A stretch of DNA of 64,000 nucleotides from Macrostomum hystrix (Eukaryota; Animalia; Platyhelminthes), in contig CATNEN010000007.1 of the NCBI GenBank assembly GCA_950097015.1, forward strand, positions 12,090,001 to 12,154,000, written 5' to 3'. This document shows, piece after piece, positions 48,263 through 61,969 of the stretch. The notes under the pieces were generated by a model. That model had not been told where the DNA came from and searched no databases. It saw only the letters and a program-made list of their open reading frames with translations. How positions within the stretch are numbered: position 1 is the stretch's first letter; the number at the start of each line of letters is the position of its first letter. A program made the translations under genes and the position numbers.

Positions 48263-50882
48263 TCAGGCGGTGGAGCAGCCGGCTGCCTCCAAAGGTCGCA
48301 GTAGCGCGGCCTGCAGGTCGGCCAGCACTTCGACATCCTTGTCGTCGACAATGTGAAATTTCAGGTTGAATACGAGCAGGTGGCGGGCCACGGTGTTGAG
48401 GTGGGGCGCCAGGTCCAGTCGCAGCACGGAGTCGAAGTGGCAGGCGTACACGTGGGCCAGGATGTGCAGCAGGTGGCGCAGGACGCTGGCGGACACGGCG
48501 TGGAAGTCCATGAGGAAGGCCTGGCCGTAGCGGGTGGGGAAATTGCCAAGCATCTCCTGGCACTGGGTCAGCAGGCTGTCGATGTGATTGCGCGCCGACG
48601 AGCGAGCCTGCGACAATGGGTGAGCAGCCGATGCGAGCACTGTTTCATTCGACGAACATTCAGAGCGGGGAATCCCCAATTAACACTGTTTCATTCGACG
48701 AACATTCAGAGCGGGGAATTCCCAATTAGCACTGTTTCATTCGACAAACATTCAGAGCGGGGAATCCCCAATTAACACTGTTTCATTCGACGAACATTCA
48801 GAGCGGGGAATCCCCAATTAACACTGTTTCATTCGACGAACATTCAGAGCGGGGAATTCCCAATTAGCACTGTTTCATTCGACGAAGATTCAGAGCGGAG
48901 AAGCCTAAATTAACACTATCTCCTTCGACGTACATTCAGAGCGGGGAATTCCCAATTAGCACTGTTTCATTCGACAAACATTCAGAGCGGGGAATCCCCA
49001 ATTAACACTGCTTCATTTGACGAACATTCAGAGCGGGGAATCCCCAATGAACACTGTTTAATTCGACGAACATTTAGAGCGGGGAATTCCCAATTAGCAC
49101 TGTTTCATTCGACGAAGATTCAGAGCGGAGAAGCCTAAATTAACACTATCTCCTTCGACGTACATTCAGAGCGGGGAATTCCCAATTAGCACTGTTTCAT
49201 TCGAGAAACATTCAGAGCGGGGAATCCCCAATTAACACTGCTTCATTTGACGAACATTCAGAGCGGGGAATCCCCAATGAACACTGTTTAATTCGACGAA
49301 CATTCAGAGCGGGGAATTCCCAATTAGCACTGTTTCATTCGACGAAGATTCAGAGCGGAGAAGCCTAAATTAACACTATCTCCTTCGACGTACATTCAGA
49401 GCGGGGAATTCCCAATTAGCACTGTTTCATTCGATGAACATTCAGAGCGGGGAATCCCCAATAGTCTCATTCGATGCACAAAAAGAGCGGGGAATCTCCA
49501 ATGAACTCAACCTCATTCTACGTACATTAAGTGCAGGGAATTGCCAAGGCTTTGCCACTAAACAGGACCATTGTGCAGTCACACATTCGAATCGTAAAAA
49601 GGTAGAATTGCGAGATTCGCGACCTAGTATTTCCTTGCTAATGAAAACTGGCATTACGCCTGGATACTCAACAGCATCGCTGGTTTTCAAGGACCTCGCG
49701 AAGCACGAATCCAACCGCCAAATCCCGCAGATCGCCGCTGTCGAATCACATTGAAGATGTGATCATACGAGTACCACTAGGTCGGATCAGCTTATTCCCT
49801 ACTGCACCTGCGTAAAATCTCTGAATTGTTTATTCAAATCCCCAGCCTGGTAAAACAATGCCCAACCGCGAGTGAGTCACCTGCTCAGGCACTGGGCATT
49901 TAGATTAATTGAAGCCGTTTTTTATAGCTTCCACACGGGAATAAAACACCACCTTGATGCCACTTCCCCATAGGATAAAAGCCTAGATTTTTTACTCAAT
50001 GATAACAATGAGACTGAGAGCAGCTAGAAGTCTGCTGGAGACAACGACCCACTAAATGACTCGCCAATCCGTTAAAATCACGTTTTCAAAGAGAATAGAA
50101 AGGAGGCTGGAAATAGCCTGCCAACGGCTGGGGCCAACAGACATTAATGCTCACACTTAAGGATCATCACATGCCTCTCAGACTACTGTCAACAGTAGAA
50201 TATGCAAACTCTTGTTCTGATTCGAAGTTCTGGGGCCTGGGGCAAGATCACTGAGCTCGATTTGGGGCGCAGCCGCAGAGACAAGGCTTGGCGGCTTGTC
50301 GTACGATGTACACCCTTGAGGGCCAACACCCAAGGCACAGTGAGAGTGTGTATTGAGGAGTCAGTGGGATGGGGCAGAATCGGCTCTCGCTGGCTGCGGG
50401 TGGACTGTCACAAAAATAATGTGAGCCAGTGCCAACAGCCCTCCTACAATGGGCACTTCAATATCTGACAGGCTTTAGATGCCATTCTAGCCAGCAGTAC
50501 TATTGAAGGACAAGGGTCGGTAGGAACCGTGGCAAAGTCTCCAAACCTTCTTGGCTTTCTCTTCGGGCGCGCAGAAGTTCACGCCGCCAGGTCCGGTGAA
50601 CTTCTCGCAGTTGCAGAAGTCGTACACGGCCTCGAACACCGTGCTGACATTCTCGTACAGGGCGCACACGTGGGTGGCCACCCATTCGTTCTGCTGCAGC
50701 AGCAGCGGCTGTTCCAGCAGCTGGTCCAGGTCGGTGCCTAGTACGATCTGCTTGGCCGCGTACTCGGGCAGGATGTACAGCCGGCTGTCATCGTTGCCGC
50801 CGCCGCTGTTGCCTGCGGCTCCTCCGCTTCGGTCAGCGGCAGAGCCGGGACGGCCGCGGGCCTTGCCGATCAGCCAGTCCAT
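48263..50882 (-). CDS. MOB2: MOB kinase activator 2, ~226 aa, 2 coding exons
   Basis: Exons 50882-50547 and 48607-48263 (phase 0). N-terminus MDWLIGK; motifs NEWVATH, FPTRYG, HLLHILAHVYACHF, HLNT. Confidence 0.9.
48639..49502. repeat. 46-bp minisatellite with 230-bp (5-mer) higher-order repeat (MOB2 intron)
   Basis: (ACTGTTTCATTCGACGAACATTCAGAGCGGGGAATYCCCAATTARC)n; a diagnostic variant recurs at 48881, 49111 and 49341. Confidence 0.93.
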
Positions 50883-53800
50883 GCGGAGGGGCGGAAGGCG
50901 CGGGCTGCGGCGAAGCTGTCAAGTTGCAAGGTAGAACGGTAAGCTGAGCAGTGGAGGTCGGCAGGCAGCAGTGGGTGGCAGCTCTGCAAGCCAGGCGATA
51001 TTGGGTTGCATCAACATTGTCATGCCATGTTGAAGACTAAATTAGACTGGTTTAATGAAAATCTAAGCATTTTAGAAATGAACATTAAAGAATATAAAAT
51101 TTAGTTAGGTTAATAAAAATTATTGTAAGCTATTATAACATAATGGTGCATAATCTGACCATTATAAATTACTCACAAAGAAGACTTTCAAAACTAAAAC
51201 AACTAAAATGCTGCTGATAAAGTTGATTGGTTGTTAATTTATTTTTGCTTAGGCACTTAGTCAACTTTTTATTTATTTCAAGTCCTAGATAAGCTGTTGG
51301 ACTGTTGGAATAGCTATTGCATAGAGAATACCTTTACAAAGACCATGGTGCACATGTGACCTCAACCAACAAAAAATTGTGTATTTGGGATGTATAGAAA
51401 CTAAGGCTAAGTTGTATGTTCTTTTTTATGCAAGTTATGGAATAATTTACCTATCTTGATTTTTCTGTGAAGGGTAGGCCTATATGAAGAAAGAGAGAAT
51501 AAGGAGGAATAGTCATAATCAATATTGATAATAAGGATTTGTTTACTAGGGGCCTAGCTAAGGCCAATATCATATGGTATATTTTGATTTTGATATTTTG
51601 ATATCAGGATTCTGGTTTGGCAATTTTGTTGAATAAAATCTTACAGATAAAATGTTGTTTAAACATTTTAATACAAATTGTATTTTTTGTTAAAGTTGAT
51701 CTAGAGATACAGACAAATAAAGCTCTATGTAGGTACTTATAGCAAACATCTATAGGAGTGCATGCAGTATTGGGCCTGTAAGATAAACAGCCCCACTAAA
51801 CAAAAATCTATTTAAAATATAGTTCAACCTCTTATTATAGTAAATAGGCAAATCTATAAAGACAACTCTTGCAATATTTTTGGAGATAAATATGCCTATA
51901 TACTTTGTTCCAATTCTTTTAAGACTGAGAAAAAATTCTAGCAAAAGACAATGAGGAACATTTTCCTATGGAAGTGCTTATTCCCACGGTCCCATGCCGA
52001 TAATTTCAATTTTATCCACACGGATCCGTGCCCATAGTTTTCTGCTTATCCACACGGCAGCTTGTATGAAATTGAAAAATTCATAATAGCTAAAAAGCAA
52101 AAGCTTATTTATTAAATTATGCAATCTAGTCTTGAGTCCCTAATTTGTAAATTGCAGTACACAGCTGAGGAAGAGCGGCTCTCTGGAGTGTTTTGAGCAA
52201 ATATAGGCCCCCTCAAGTATACTTTCGTAGGCTTAATAAACACAGCTGATCAGATCATTTTTTTCCTAGAAATGCATTTATAGTTGAATTTGTACACAAA
52301 TCGTATAACAAGCTGTGGACTTGCTGCGTCGGTTTCATTAAAGTAGACCCTAAACAATTTTTGTTCTGCTTTTTTTTAAACCGTGGCAGTCAGGTATGGT
52401 TTAACTCTAAAACGCCTTCGCCCTTCTGAACAAAAGCATAAGACTCGTTCACAAAATGCAGACTAAGATGCATTTATTCACACAGATTAGGCCTAGTACA
52501 CACATTGCATGTTCGAATGAATGAATGTCTGATAGATCTTCAAGTCTCATTTGATGGCACTATTTAAATTGTAACATAGGCCTATCAAATTTTAATGTAT
52601 GATATAATGTATTATGCATCAGCCTAGCCTGAATAGGCCTATAGCCATATGCCCAACATCTGCATCATCATGCTCATGCCCAAGGCAAGGCAATGGGCAG
52701 TCAGGCAAGGCAACATCATTACCCATAGCCATAGGGCCTGGCTGGCCTTACCAACCTGGGCTGGCTCTGGCTGCTATGCAAAAATCCATTAGATGCTTAG
52801 CGAATTGAGACTAGGGGCCTAGGTACCTACAGATTGCTAGTAGGCCTATTTGTGATAAAAAGTATAAAAGCTAGGGCCTAAACTTCATAAAATATCTGTT
52901 TTCTATAGGACTATATAGGCCTAGGTCTACTTTACTTATGATTGTGTTTGTTAAGACAAGTGTTAGTTATTAGCTTTTAAATATGTACAGATTTGGTTAG
53001 ACATGTTTTATGTGGATTAGAAAGAATTTGTTAGCTAGGCCTAGTTTATTTTTTCTTTGTTGTACACATCTGAGCTGCTCAAGATGAGCTCTTTAACAGT
53101 AGAATGACCATTAAAAAATAATTTGAAATGCCAACATTTTCTTTTCTGCATCTCCCAAAATATTCAGCAATTGCCATGAGAATCTAGGACAAATGCAAAA
53201 GTTTTCCGCTCTATCTGATGACACAACTTGCAGAATCACAAAACATTAGCATAGTTGAGGTATTTATAAATTATACATAGGCCTAGTCAGGGCATCTAGT
53301 GGCAAAAACCATCAAAATTGGCACATTTTTTCTGCTCACATTTTTTTCATTTAACCATGTCAGTTATCATTGTTGACTACTTTATATTGATGAATTGTTA
53401 CTTTTTCATTTTTAAACAACATGAATTTGCTATAATGGTTTATACATAGCAATTTTAGGCCTAGATATCCTTGTCACCAGGGTCTTCAACAAGAATCACC
53501 GAATATCTCAACAATGTTGATTTAGATAGCTGTGAAAGTTAGTTCATTGTAAAGGCCAGAAAATTTTTCTTAGATGGCAGAATTTTACAAAAATGTGTCA
53601 TTTAGTTTGTTAGCTATTAAGAATTAGGCAGCGGGTGGGTGAAATACCACAGTGTTCTTTCCCCTGGGCCTAGGTGGGATAGTGTAGTCTTTTTACTCTT
53701 AATATAATAACAAATCTTATCTCATAAATAAGCTAAAGCCTAACAAAATTTCTTATGTGCCATGACTGCTGTGTTAGCAGCAAATTAGCTATTTAATTAT

Positions 53801-54201
53801 TCACAAAAACAAGGCCAAGTGAATTTTCATCATTTGAACAAAATAAGGAGTTTGTTTATATATCCTTCATTGGCTTCATAGTGATGGCGTGGGTTTCAAT
53901 TTTTTTCTGATCTGGGTACTTGGAATTATAGTTCATACAATCCATAGTGTAGATCATGCTAGGTGCATGTGAGGAAAAATAGCTTGTAAAAAATCAAATG
54001 TAAAAGTCACTTGCTAGACTTTTAGTGCTATTAAGTTAATAGCTACTAATAGCTACTAGCTAATAATTATTTGTTTTCTTAACTGTGTTCATGGAATAAA
54101 GTACATCCTGACTTTTAGGTTAAAAAATATATTTATTTTTTGTTCTAGCTTATTGTTTTTATTTATATACATACATATTGTATGTATGTATTTATTATTG
54201 T

Positions 54202-54545
54202 ATTTACAGTCAAGCTCAAGCTGCATCTGATAGCTTGTTAGTTTACAGTCAAGCTCAAGCTGCATCTGATAGCTTGTTAGTTTACAGTCAAGCTCAAGCT
54301 GCATTTGATAGCTTGTTAGTTTACAGTCAAGCTCAAGCTGCATCTGATAGCTTGTTAGTTTACAGTCAAGCTCAAGCTGCATCTGATAGCTTGTTAGTTT
54401 ACAGTCAAGCTCAAGCTGCATCTGATAGCTTGTTAGTTTACAGTCAAGCTCAAGCTGCATCTGATAGCTTGTTAGTTTACAGTCAAGCTCAAGCTGCATC
54501 TGATAGCTTGTTAGTTTACAGTCAAGCTCAAATTACATTTGATAG
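54202..54545. repeat. 39-bp minisatellite upstream of RNGTT
   Basis: (TTTACAGTCAAGCTCAAGCTGCATCTGATAGCTTGTTAG)n. Confidence 0.95.
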
Positions 54546-54647
54546 TTTACAGACGAGCCAATAGCAAATCATTTCACTCTTCAGCTACATAGTTACAAGT
54601 AATTGCGCAGTGAAACGCTAAGCACAACCTGCGGCCACAGTTCTGGC

Positions 54648-57600
54648 ATGGAACCGCCATCTCGGTGGCTGAAGTGTCCCAGGAAGGGCGGCCTTGTGAA
54701 TGGTGAGATTCGCCAAACAATTTTTTCTTTGCTCTGCTTCTTTAAGACTGGCAATTATTCTATGGGAATGGGTTTACTGCCTCTGGACTCTCTTGCCTTT
54801 ACCTGCAGACCTGTTCCTGCCGTGCAAGACTCCACTGGATGCCAAGTTTGACAGCCAGGTGCCACTGCAGTACAGGTTCGATCTGTTTATGCTGTTCTCC
54901 TCCATGGCGCAGTATCAGGTGAGCGCTGGTACATTTGAATTATCTATATTTGCACTTTTGCACTTGAGAAATTGGTTTATTGCCTCGATTGCTTCACTTG
55001 CCGTCACCTAAAAATGGGTTGCCAGGTTGTCCCGCTCTTTGGGATGGGATCCTATGCCCTCACTGTCCCATGAGGATGGGATCCTATGCCCTCACTGTCC
55101 TGTGAGGATGGGATCCTATGTCCTCACTGTCCCATGAGGGTGGGATCCTATGCCCTCACTGTCCCATGAGGGTGGGATCCTATGCCCTCACTGTCCCATG
55201 AGGATGGGATCCTATGTCCTCACTGTCCTGTGAGGATGGGATCCTATGTCCTCACTGTCCTGTGAGGATGGGATCCTATGTCCTCACTGTCCTGTGAGGA
55301 TGGGATCCTATGTCCTCACTGTCCTGTGAGGATGGGATCCTATGTCCTCACTGTCCTGTGAGGATGGGATCCTATGTCCTCACTGTCCCATGAGGGTGGG
55401 ATCCCTAGTTGTTTTTACCAGTGCAATGTGCTTATGTCATTGAAATTGACTCCGTCTTCCCACGCGGCCCACAGTGCAAGATCGGCATGCTGATAGACCT
55501 GACCAACACGAGCCGCTTCTACGACAAGACTGTGGTCGAGGAGCAGTTCCGCTGCAAGTATGTCAAGCTGCACTGCAAGGGACATGGTGAGACGCCCAGT
55601 CCAGACCAGGTTGGCCTCTTCATTACCTGCGTGAATAACTTCAGGCGCCAGTTTCCGCTTGACAAGATTGGTGAGCGATTGGCGGTTGCTTGTACTTTTA
55701 GGGTGTGGTAAATTAGAATGCTGCTCAATTACTGGATGACCCGCTCATCACTGCAGCTGTGCACTGCACGCACGGCTTCAACCGGACAGGATTTATGATC
55801 ATCTCATACCTGGTGACCGAGTTCGACTGGAGGTAAGGCGCGATGTCAAGCTTAGACTGGCTCTGATAACTTTCGGCTGACTCATCACAATGCGCCCTCT
55901 GCTCCCCCTGCTGCAGCTGCGAGCTGGCCGTACAGGCTTTCGCTGAGGCCAGGTCTCCTGGCATCTACAAGCAGGACTACCTGGAGGACATCTGGAACCG
56001 CTACGATGATGCCAAGGAATGCCCAACTGCGCCTCCGCTGCCAGACTGGTGCTGGGGTGAGCCTGGGTGATGGTGGCATCTGCCAGACTGGTGCTGGGTG
56101 AGTCTGGGTGATGATGGCATCTGCCAGACTGGTGCTGGGTGAGTCTGGGTGATGATGGCATCTGCCAGACTGGTGCTGGTGTGAGCCTGGGTGATGATGG
56201 CATCTGCCAGACTGGTGCTGAGGTGAGCCTGGGTGTTGATGGCATCTGCCAGACTGGTGCTGGTGTGAGCCTGGGTGTTGATGGCATCTGCCAGACTGGT
56301 GCTGGTGTGAGCCTGGGTGATGATGGCATCTGCTAGACTGGTGCTGGTGTGAGCCTGGGTGATGATGGCATCTGCCAGACTGGTGCTGGTGTGAGCCTGG
56401 GTGATGATGGCATCTGCTAGACTGGTGCTGGTGTGAGCCTGGGTGATGATGGCATCTGCCAGACTGGTGCTGGTGTGAGCCTGGTTGATGATGGCATCTG
56501 CTAGACTGGTGCTGGTGTGAGCCTGGGTGATGATGGCATCTGCCAGACTGGTGCTGGTGTGAGCCTGGGTGATGATGGCATCTGCCAGACTGGTGCTGGT
56601 GTGAGCCTGGGTGTTGATGGCATCTGCTAGACTGGTGCTGGTGTGAGCCTGGGTGATGATGGCATCTGCCAGACTGGTGCTAGTGGCATCTGCTAGACTG
56701 GTGCTGGTGTGAGCCTGGGTGATGATGGCATCTGCCAGACTGGTGCTGGTGTGAGCCTGGGTGATGATGGCATCTGCCAGACTGGTGCTGGTGTGAGCCT
56801 GGGTGTTGATGGCATCTGCTAGACTGGTGCTGGTGTGAGCCTGGGTGATGATGGCATCTGCCAGACTGGTGCTAGTGGCATCTGCTAGACTGGTGCTGGT
56901 GTGAGCCTGGGTGATGATGGCATCTGCTAGACTGGTGCTGGTGTGAGCCTGGGTGTTGATGGCATCTGCTAGACTGGTGCTGGTGTGAGCCTGGGTGATG
57001 ATGGCATCTGCCAGACTGGTGCTAGTGGCATCTGCTAGACTGGTGCTGGTGTGAGCCTGGGTGATGATGGCATCTGCTAGACTGGTGCTGGTGTGAGCCT
57101 GGGTGATGATGGCATCTGCCAGACTGGTGCTAGTGGCATCTGCTAGACTGGTGCTGGTGTGAGCCTGGGTGTTGATGGCATCTGCTAGACTGGTGCTGGT
57201 GTGAGCCTGGGTGATGATGGCATCTGCCAGACTGGTGCTAGTGGCATCTGCTAGACTGGTGCTGGTGTGAGCCTGGGTGATGATGGCATCTGCCAGACTG
57301 GTGCTAGTGGCATCTGCTAGACTGGTGCTGGTGTGAGCCTGGGTGATGATGGCATCTGCTAGACTGGTGCTGGTGTGAGCCTGGGTGATGATGGCATCTG
57401 CCAGACTGGTGCTAGTGGCATCTGCTAGACTGGTGCTGGTGTGAGCCTGGGTGATGATGGCATCTGCTAGACTGGTGCTGGTGTGAGCCTGGGTGATGAT
57501 GGCATCTGCCAGACTGGTGCTAGTGGCATCTGCTAGACTGGTGCTGGTGTGAGCCTGGGTGTTGATGGCATCTGCTAGACTGGTGCTGGTGTGAGCCTGG

Positions 57601-60600
57601 GTGATGATGGCATCTGCCAGACTGGTGCTAGTGGCATCTGCTAGACTGGTGCTGGTGTGAGCCTGGGTGATGATGGCATCTGCTAGACTGGTGCTGGTGT
57701 GAGCCTGGGTGATGATGGCATCTGCCAGACTGGTGCTAGTGGCATCTGCTAGACTGGTGCTGGTGTGAGCCTGGGTGATGATGGCATCTGCCAGACTGGT
57801 GCTAGTGGCATCTGCTAGACTGGTGCTGGTGTGAGCCTGGGTGATGATGGCATCTGCCAGACTGGTGCTGGTGTACTAATTACTATCATATGTTGCCTTT
57901 CTACTAGACGAGGACGAGAAGGACGACGACAACCAGCCGACGGACGCAGCCAGCAACGGCGCCGGTGCCGCAGGCGGCCTGGATGACGAGGACGCCGTGG
58001 TGCCGGCCACCAAGGTGACCGGGGCTGGCAGGAAGCGACCCTCGAAAGAGCCGATCGGAGGCGGCAAGCTCAAATCCGGCAGGCTGAACTCCATCAAGAT
58101 CTCGCAGTTTATGTCCGGCGTTGAAGGCGTGGAGCAGGTGCGTAGCATTGCCTGCCTGCCTAAACCCCCGGTCTGTCTGACCCCCTGTCTGCCTGACTCC
58201 CTGTCTGCCTAACCCCCCTGTCTGCCTGACTCCCTGTCTGTCTGACCCCCTGTCTGTCTGACCCCCTGTCTGTCTGACCCCCTGTCTGCCTGACTCCCTG
58301 TCTGCCTAACCCCCCTGTCTGTCCAACCCACTGTCTGTCCGACCCACTGTCTGTCCGTCCTACTGTCTGCCTGATCCCCCTGTTTGCCTGCATAATCTAC
58401 TGCACTCTTCACCCTCTGCTCCCACAACCCACTAAACCCGTTCACCCACCTGTCTGGTTCCACAATCCACTAAACCCGTTCACCCACCTGTCTGGTTCCA
58501 CAACCCACTCCACCTGTTCACTCTCCGCAGGTCCTGGATGCCGCCGTGGTATCCCGTGTCCGCGAGATCGTCCGCCGCGCCTGCGCCTTCGAAGGCAGCC
58601 GCTTCCCCGGCTGTCAGCCAGTTTCCATGGACGCCAAGAACTTGCTCATGCTGCAGCAGAATGACTACCGGGTGTCCTGGAAGGCCGACGGCTTTCGCTA
58701 CATGATGGCCGTTCTTGGCCGCGGCGAGGTCTACGCCATAGACAGAGACAACAGCATCTTCCTGGTGCCCAACCTGGAGTTCCCCAGCCGGAAGGACCCG
58801 TCAAGGCACGTTGCGGACACCGTGCTGGATGGCGAGCTGGTGATTGACACGGTGCAGGGCGCGACCATTCCCCGCTACCTGATCTACGACGCTGTGCAGT
58901 TCGAGTCCCAGCCTGTTGGCCGCTGCCCCTTCTCCAGGCGGCTGCAGTGCATCGAGCTGGAGCTCATCGGGCCGCGCAACGCCATGAAGCAGCGACTGGG
59001 GGCGCAGCTACCCAAGGAGCCGTTCTCTGTGCGACTCAAGGTAGAACCTCCTTAGCCCCGCTGAACTGAACCTAATCCATAGCCCCGATGAACTGAACCT
59101 AATCCTTAGCCCAAATGAACTGAACCTAATCCTTAGCCCCGATGAACTGAACCTAATCCATAGTCCCGATGAACTGAACCTAATCCTTAGCCCAAATGAA
59201 CTGAACCTAATCCTTAGCCCCGATGAACTGAACCTAATCCTTAGCCCCGATGAGCTGAAACCTAATCCTTAGCCCAAATGAACTGAACCTAATCCTTAGC
59301 CCCGATGAACTGAACCTAATCCTTAGCCCCGATGAACTGAACCTAATCTATAGCCCCGATTAATTGAACCTAATCTTTAGCCCCGATGAGCTGAACCTAA
59401 TCTATAGCCCCGATTAATTGAACCTAATCTTTAGCCCCGATGAGCTGAAACCTAATCCTCAGCCCAAATGAACTGAACCTAATCCTTAGCCCCTCTGAAC
59501 TGAACCTAATCCTTAGCCCCGATGAGCTAAAATCCTAAATTTCAACCAATTAATCTTCAAATCCTGTCTACTAAAATCCCATTTCCCAAAATCCCTTAAT
59601 CCTAAACCCTAAATTGTCTAAAGATCCCATTTTCCTCTCGAAAATCCCATTTCTTCTTATTATCGTGACCCTATTCCCAAACAAAAATCCCCAGGGCTTC
59701 TACGGCATCGACGCCTGCGTGAAGCTGCTGAGCCAAGAGTTCACGGAAAGTCTCGGCCACGAGACAGACGGCCTGATCTTCCAGCCGGCCGGGCCCAATG
59801 ATGTGTACGTTGGCGGCTCGCTGGCCACGCTGCTGAAGTGGAAGCCGCCAGAGCTGAACACCGTGGACTTCAAGCTGCAATGGATTCGCAGGCGAGAGCC
59901 CGGCTGCCTGGAGGAGCACTTCGGCGACCTGTATGCCGGTGGCAGCGACGTGTCCATGGGCCGCATCCGCCTCACTAAGAAGGACGCCGCTCGTTATGAT
60001 GGCAAAATTGTGGAGTGCAAATTCGACTCCCAAATGCGCACCTGGGTCATACTCAAGGAGCGCCTGGACAAGTCCTTCCCTAACAAGATTGACACTGTCA
60101 ACGGTGCGTGCTTTTCATGGTCTGCCTGTTGATGATTGTCATTGTTAGCTGCTTAGATAGGTAGCTGGCAGTCCAGCTCTCGCATGCTCACTGTCCTACT
60201 ACCAGTAGTCAAATACGCTCTCGCATGCTCACTGTCCTACTGCCAGTAGTCAAATACGCTCTTGCATGCTCACTGTCCTACTGCCAGTAGTCAAATACGC
60301 TCTCGCATGCTCACTGTCCTACTGCCAGTAGTCAAATCAGCTCTCGCATGCTCACTGTCCTACTGCCAGTAGTCAAATCAGCTCTCGCATGCTCACTGTC
60401 CTACTGCCAGTAGTCAAATACGCTCTCGCATGCTCACTGTCCTACTGCCAGTAGTCAAATACGCTCTCGCATGCTCACTGTCCTACTGCCAGTAGTCAAA
60501 TACGCTCTCGCATGCTCACTGTCCTACTGCCAGTAGTCAAATGCGAATACCCACCATTTTCCGCAGCTGTGATCGCCAGCATCCTCAATCCGGTGACCAA

Positions 60601-60703
60601 GCAGCGCCTGCTGGAATTCGTTGACAACGCCCTGCGAGTTCGGGCCGAGCAGAGTCGAGACAGGCAGCTGATGCCGCCTCCCCGACAGATGACTGTGCGC
60701 TGA
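54648..60703 (+). CDS. RNGTT: mRNA capping enzyme (RNA triphosphatase + guanylyltransferase), ~620 aa, 9 exons
   Basis: Exons 54648-54702, 54809-54918, 55475-55670, 55757-55832, 55917-56056, 57908-58137, 58531-59040, 59695-60103, 60567-60703 (1863 nt). Motifs [17 protein letters not shown], catalytic [37 protein letters not shown]. Confidence 0.95.
55042..55404. repeat. 32-bp minisatellite (RNGTT intron 2)
   Basis: (GGATGGGATCCTATGYCCTCACTGTCCYRTGA)n. Confidence 0.95.
56038..57874. repeat. 42-bp minisatellite with interspersed 24-bp deletion units, spanning the RNGTT exon 5 donor
   Basis: (CTGCYAGACTGGTGCTGGTGTGAGCCTGGGTGATGATGGCAT)n; the first unit includes the last 19 nt of exon 5. Confidence 0.96.
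58160..58510. repeat. Degenerate short repeats plus a ~39-bp duplication (RNGTT intron 6)
   Basis: CCCCTGTCTGYCTGAC units; CCACTAAACCCGTTCACCCACCTGTCTGGTTCCACAA twice. Confidence 0.8.
59050..59530. repeat. 27-bp minisatellite (RNGTT intron 7)
   Basis: (CCTTAGCCCCGATGAACTGAACCTAAT)n. Confidence 0.93.
60176..60542. repeat. 41-bp minisatellite, 9 copies (RNGTT intron 8)
   Basis: (GCTCTCGCATGCTCACTGTCCTACTGCCAGTAGTCAAATAC)n. Confidence 0.95.
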
Positions 60704-60997
60704 CCCGTCCTGACCCACCTGACCATGGTGTGACCTGGCCGAGTCACCCACCCATATATATATATATATATTAATATTAAACAGAAACGCTTTTAAATGC
60801 GACACTCGTTAACAAAGTTGCAGTTTGCGGTGGTCCAATTCATTGCCTCTATGACTGGCCCAACCAATCTGCTCGTTAACTCGCTGCCGCTGCTGATCAG
60901 TAGTATATGTGGCGCATGTATTTTTGGTGCCTGTTCTCTGTCTGTGTTCTGCCCAAGCCTCCTTTTGTCAGAAATTTTTTTTTTAGTTGGAGACTGA

Positions 60998-61969
60998 CTT
61001 CAGTGCCGCCTGTCTCCCCCATCCTCTGATGCTTCAGTGCCGCCTGTCTCCCCATCCTCTGATGCTTCAGTGCCGCCTGTCTCCCCATCCTCTAATGCTT
61101 CAGTGCCGCCTGTCTCCCCATCCCCTGATGCTTCAGTGCCGCCTGTCTCCCCCATCCTCTGATGCTTCAGTGCCGCCTGTCTCCCCATCCCCTGATGCTT
61201 CAGTGCCGCCTGTCTCCCCCATCCTCTGATGCTTCAGTGCCGCCTGTCTCCCCCATCCTCTGATGCTTCAGTGCCGCCTGTCTCCCCCATCCTCTGATGC
61301 TTCAGTGCCGCCTGTCTCCCCCATCCTCTGATGCTTCAGTGCCGCCTGTCTCCCCCATCCTCTGATGCTTCAGTGCCGCCTGTCTCCCCCATCCTCTGAT
61401 GCTTCAGTGCCGCCTGTCTCCCCCATCCTCTGATGCTTCAGTGCCGCCTGTCTCCCCCCCATCCTCTGATGCTTCAGTGCCGCCTGTCTCCCCCATCCTC
61501 TGATGCTTCAGTGCCGCCTGTCTCCCCCCCATCCTCTGATGCTTTAGTGCCGCCTGTCTCCCCCATCCTCTGATGCTTCAGTGCCGCCTGTCTCCCCCAT
61601 CCCCTGATGCTTCAGTGCCGCCTGTCTCCCCCATCCCCTGATGCTTCAGTGCCGCCTGTCTCCCCCATCCTCTGATGCTTCAGTGCCGCCTGTCTCCCCC
61701 ATCCCCTGATGCTTCAGTGCCGCCTGTCTCCCCCATCCTCTGATGCTTCAGTGCCGCCTGTCTCCCCCATCCTCTGATGCTTCAGTGCCGCCTGTCTCCC
61801 CATCCCCTGATGCTTCAGTGCCGCCTGTCTCCCCCATCCCCCTGATGCTTCAGTGCCGCCTGTCTCCCCCATCCTCTAATGCTTCAGTGCCGCCTGTCTC
61901 CTCATCCCCTGATGCTTCAGTGCCGCCTGTCTCTCCCCATCCCCTGATGCTTCAGTGCCGCGTGTCTCC
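60998..61969. repeat. ~34-bp minisatellite between RNGTT and DMAP1
   Basis: (CTTCAGTGCCGCCTGTCTCCCCCATCCTCTGATG)n. Confidence 0.96.
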
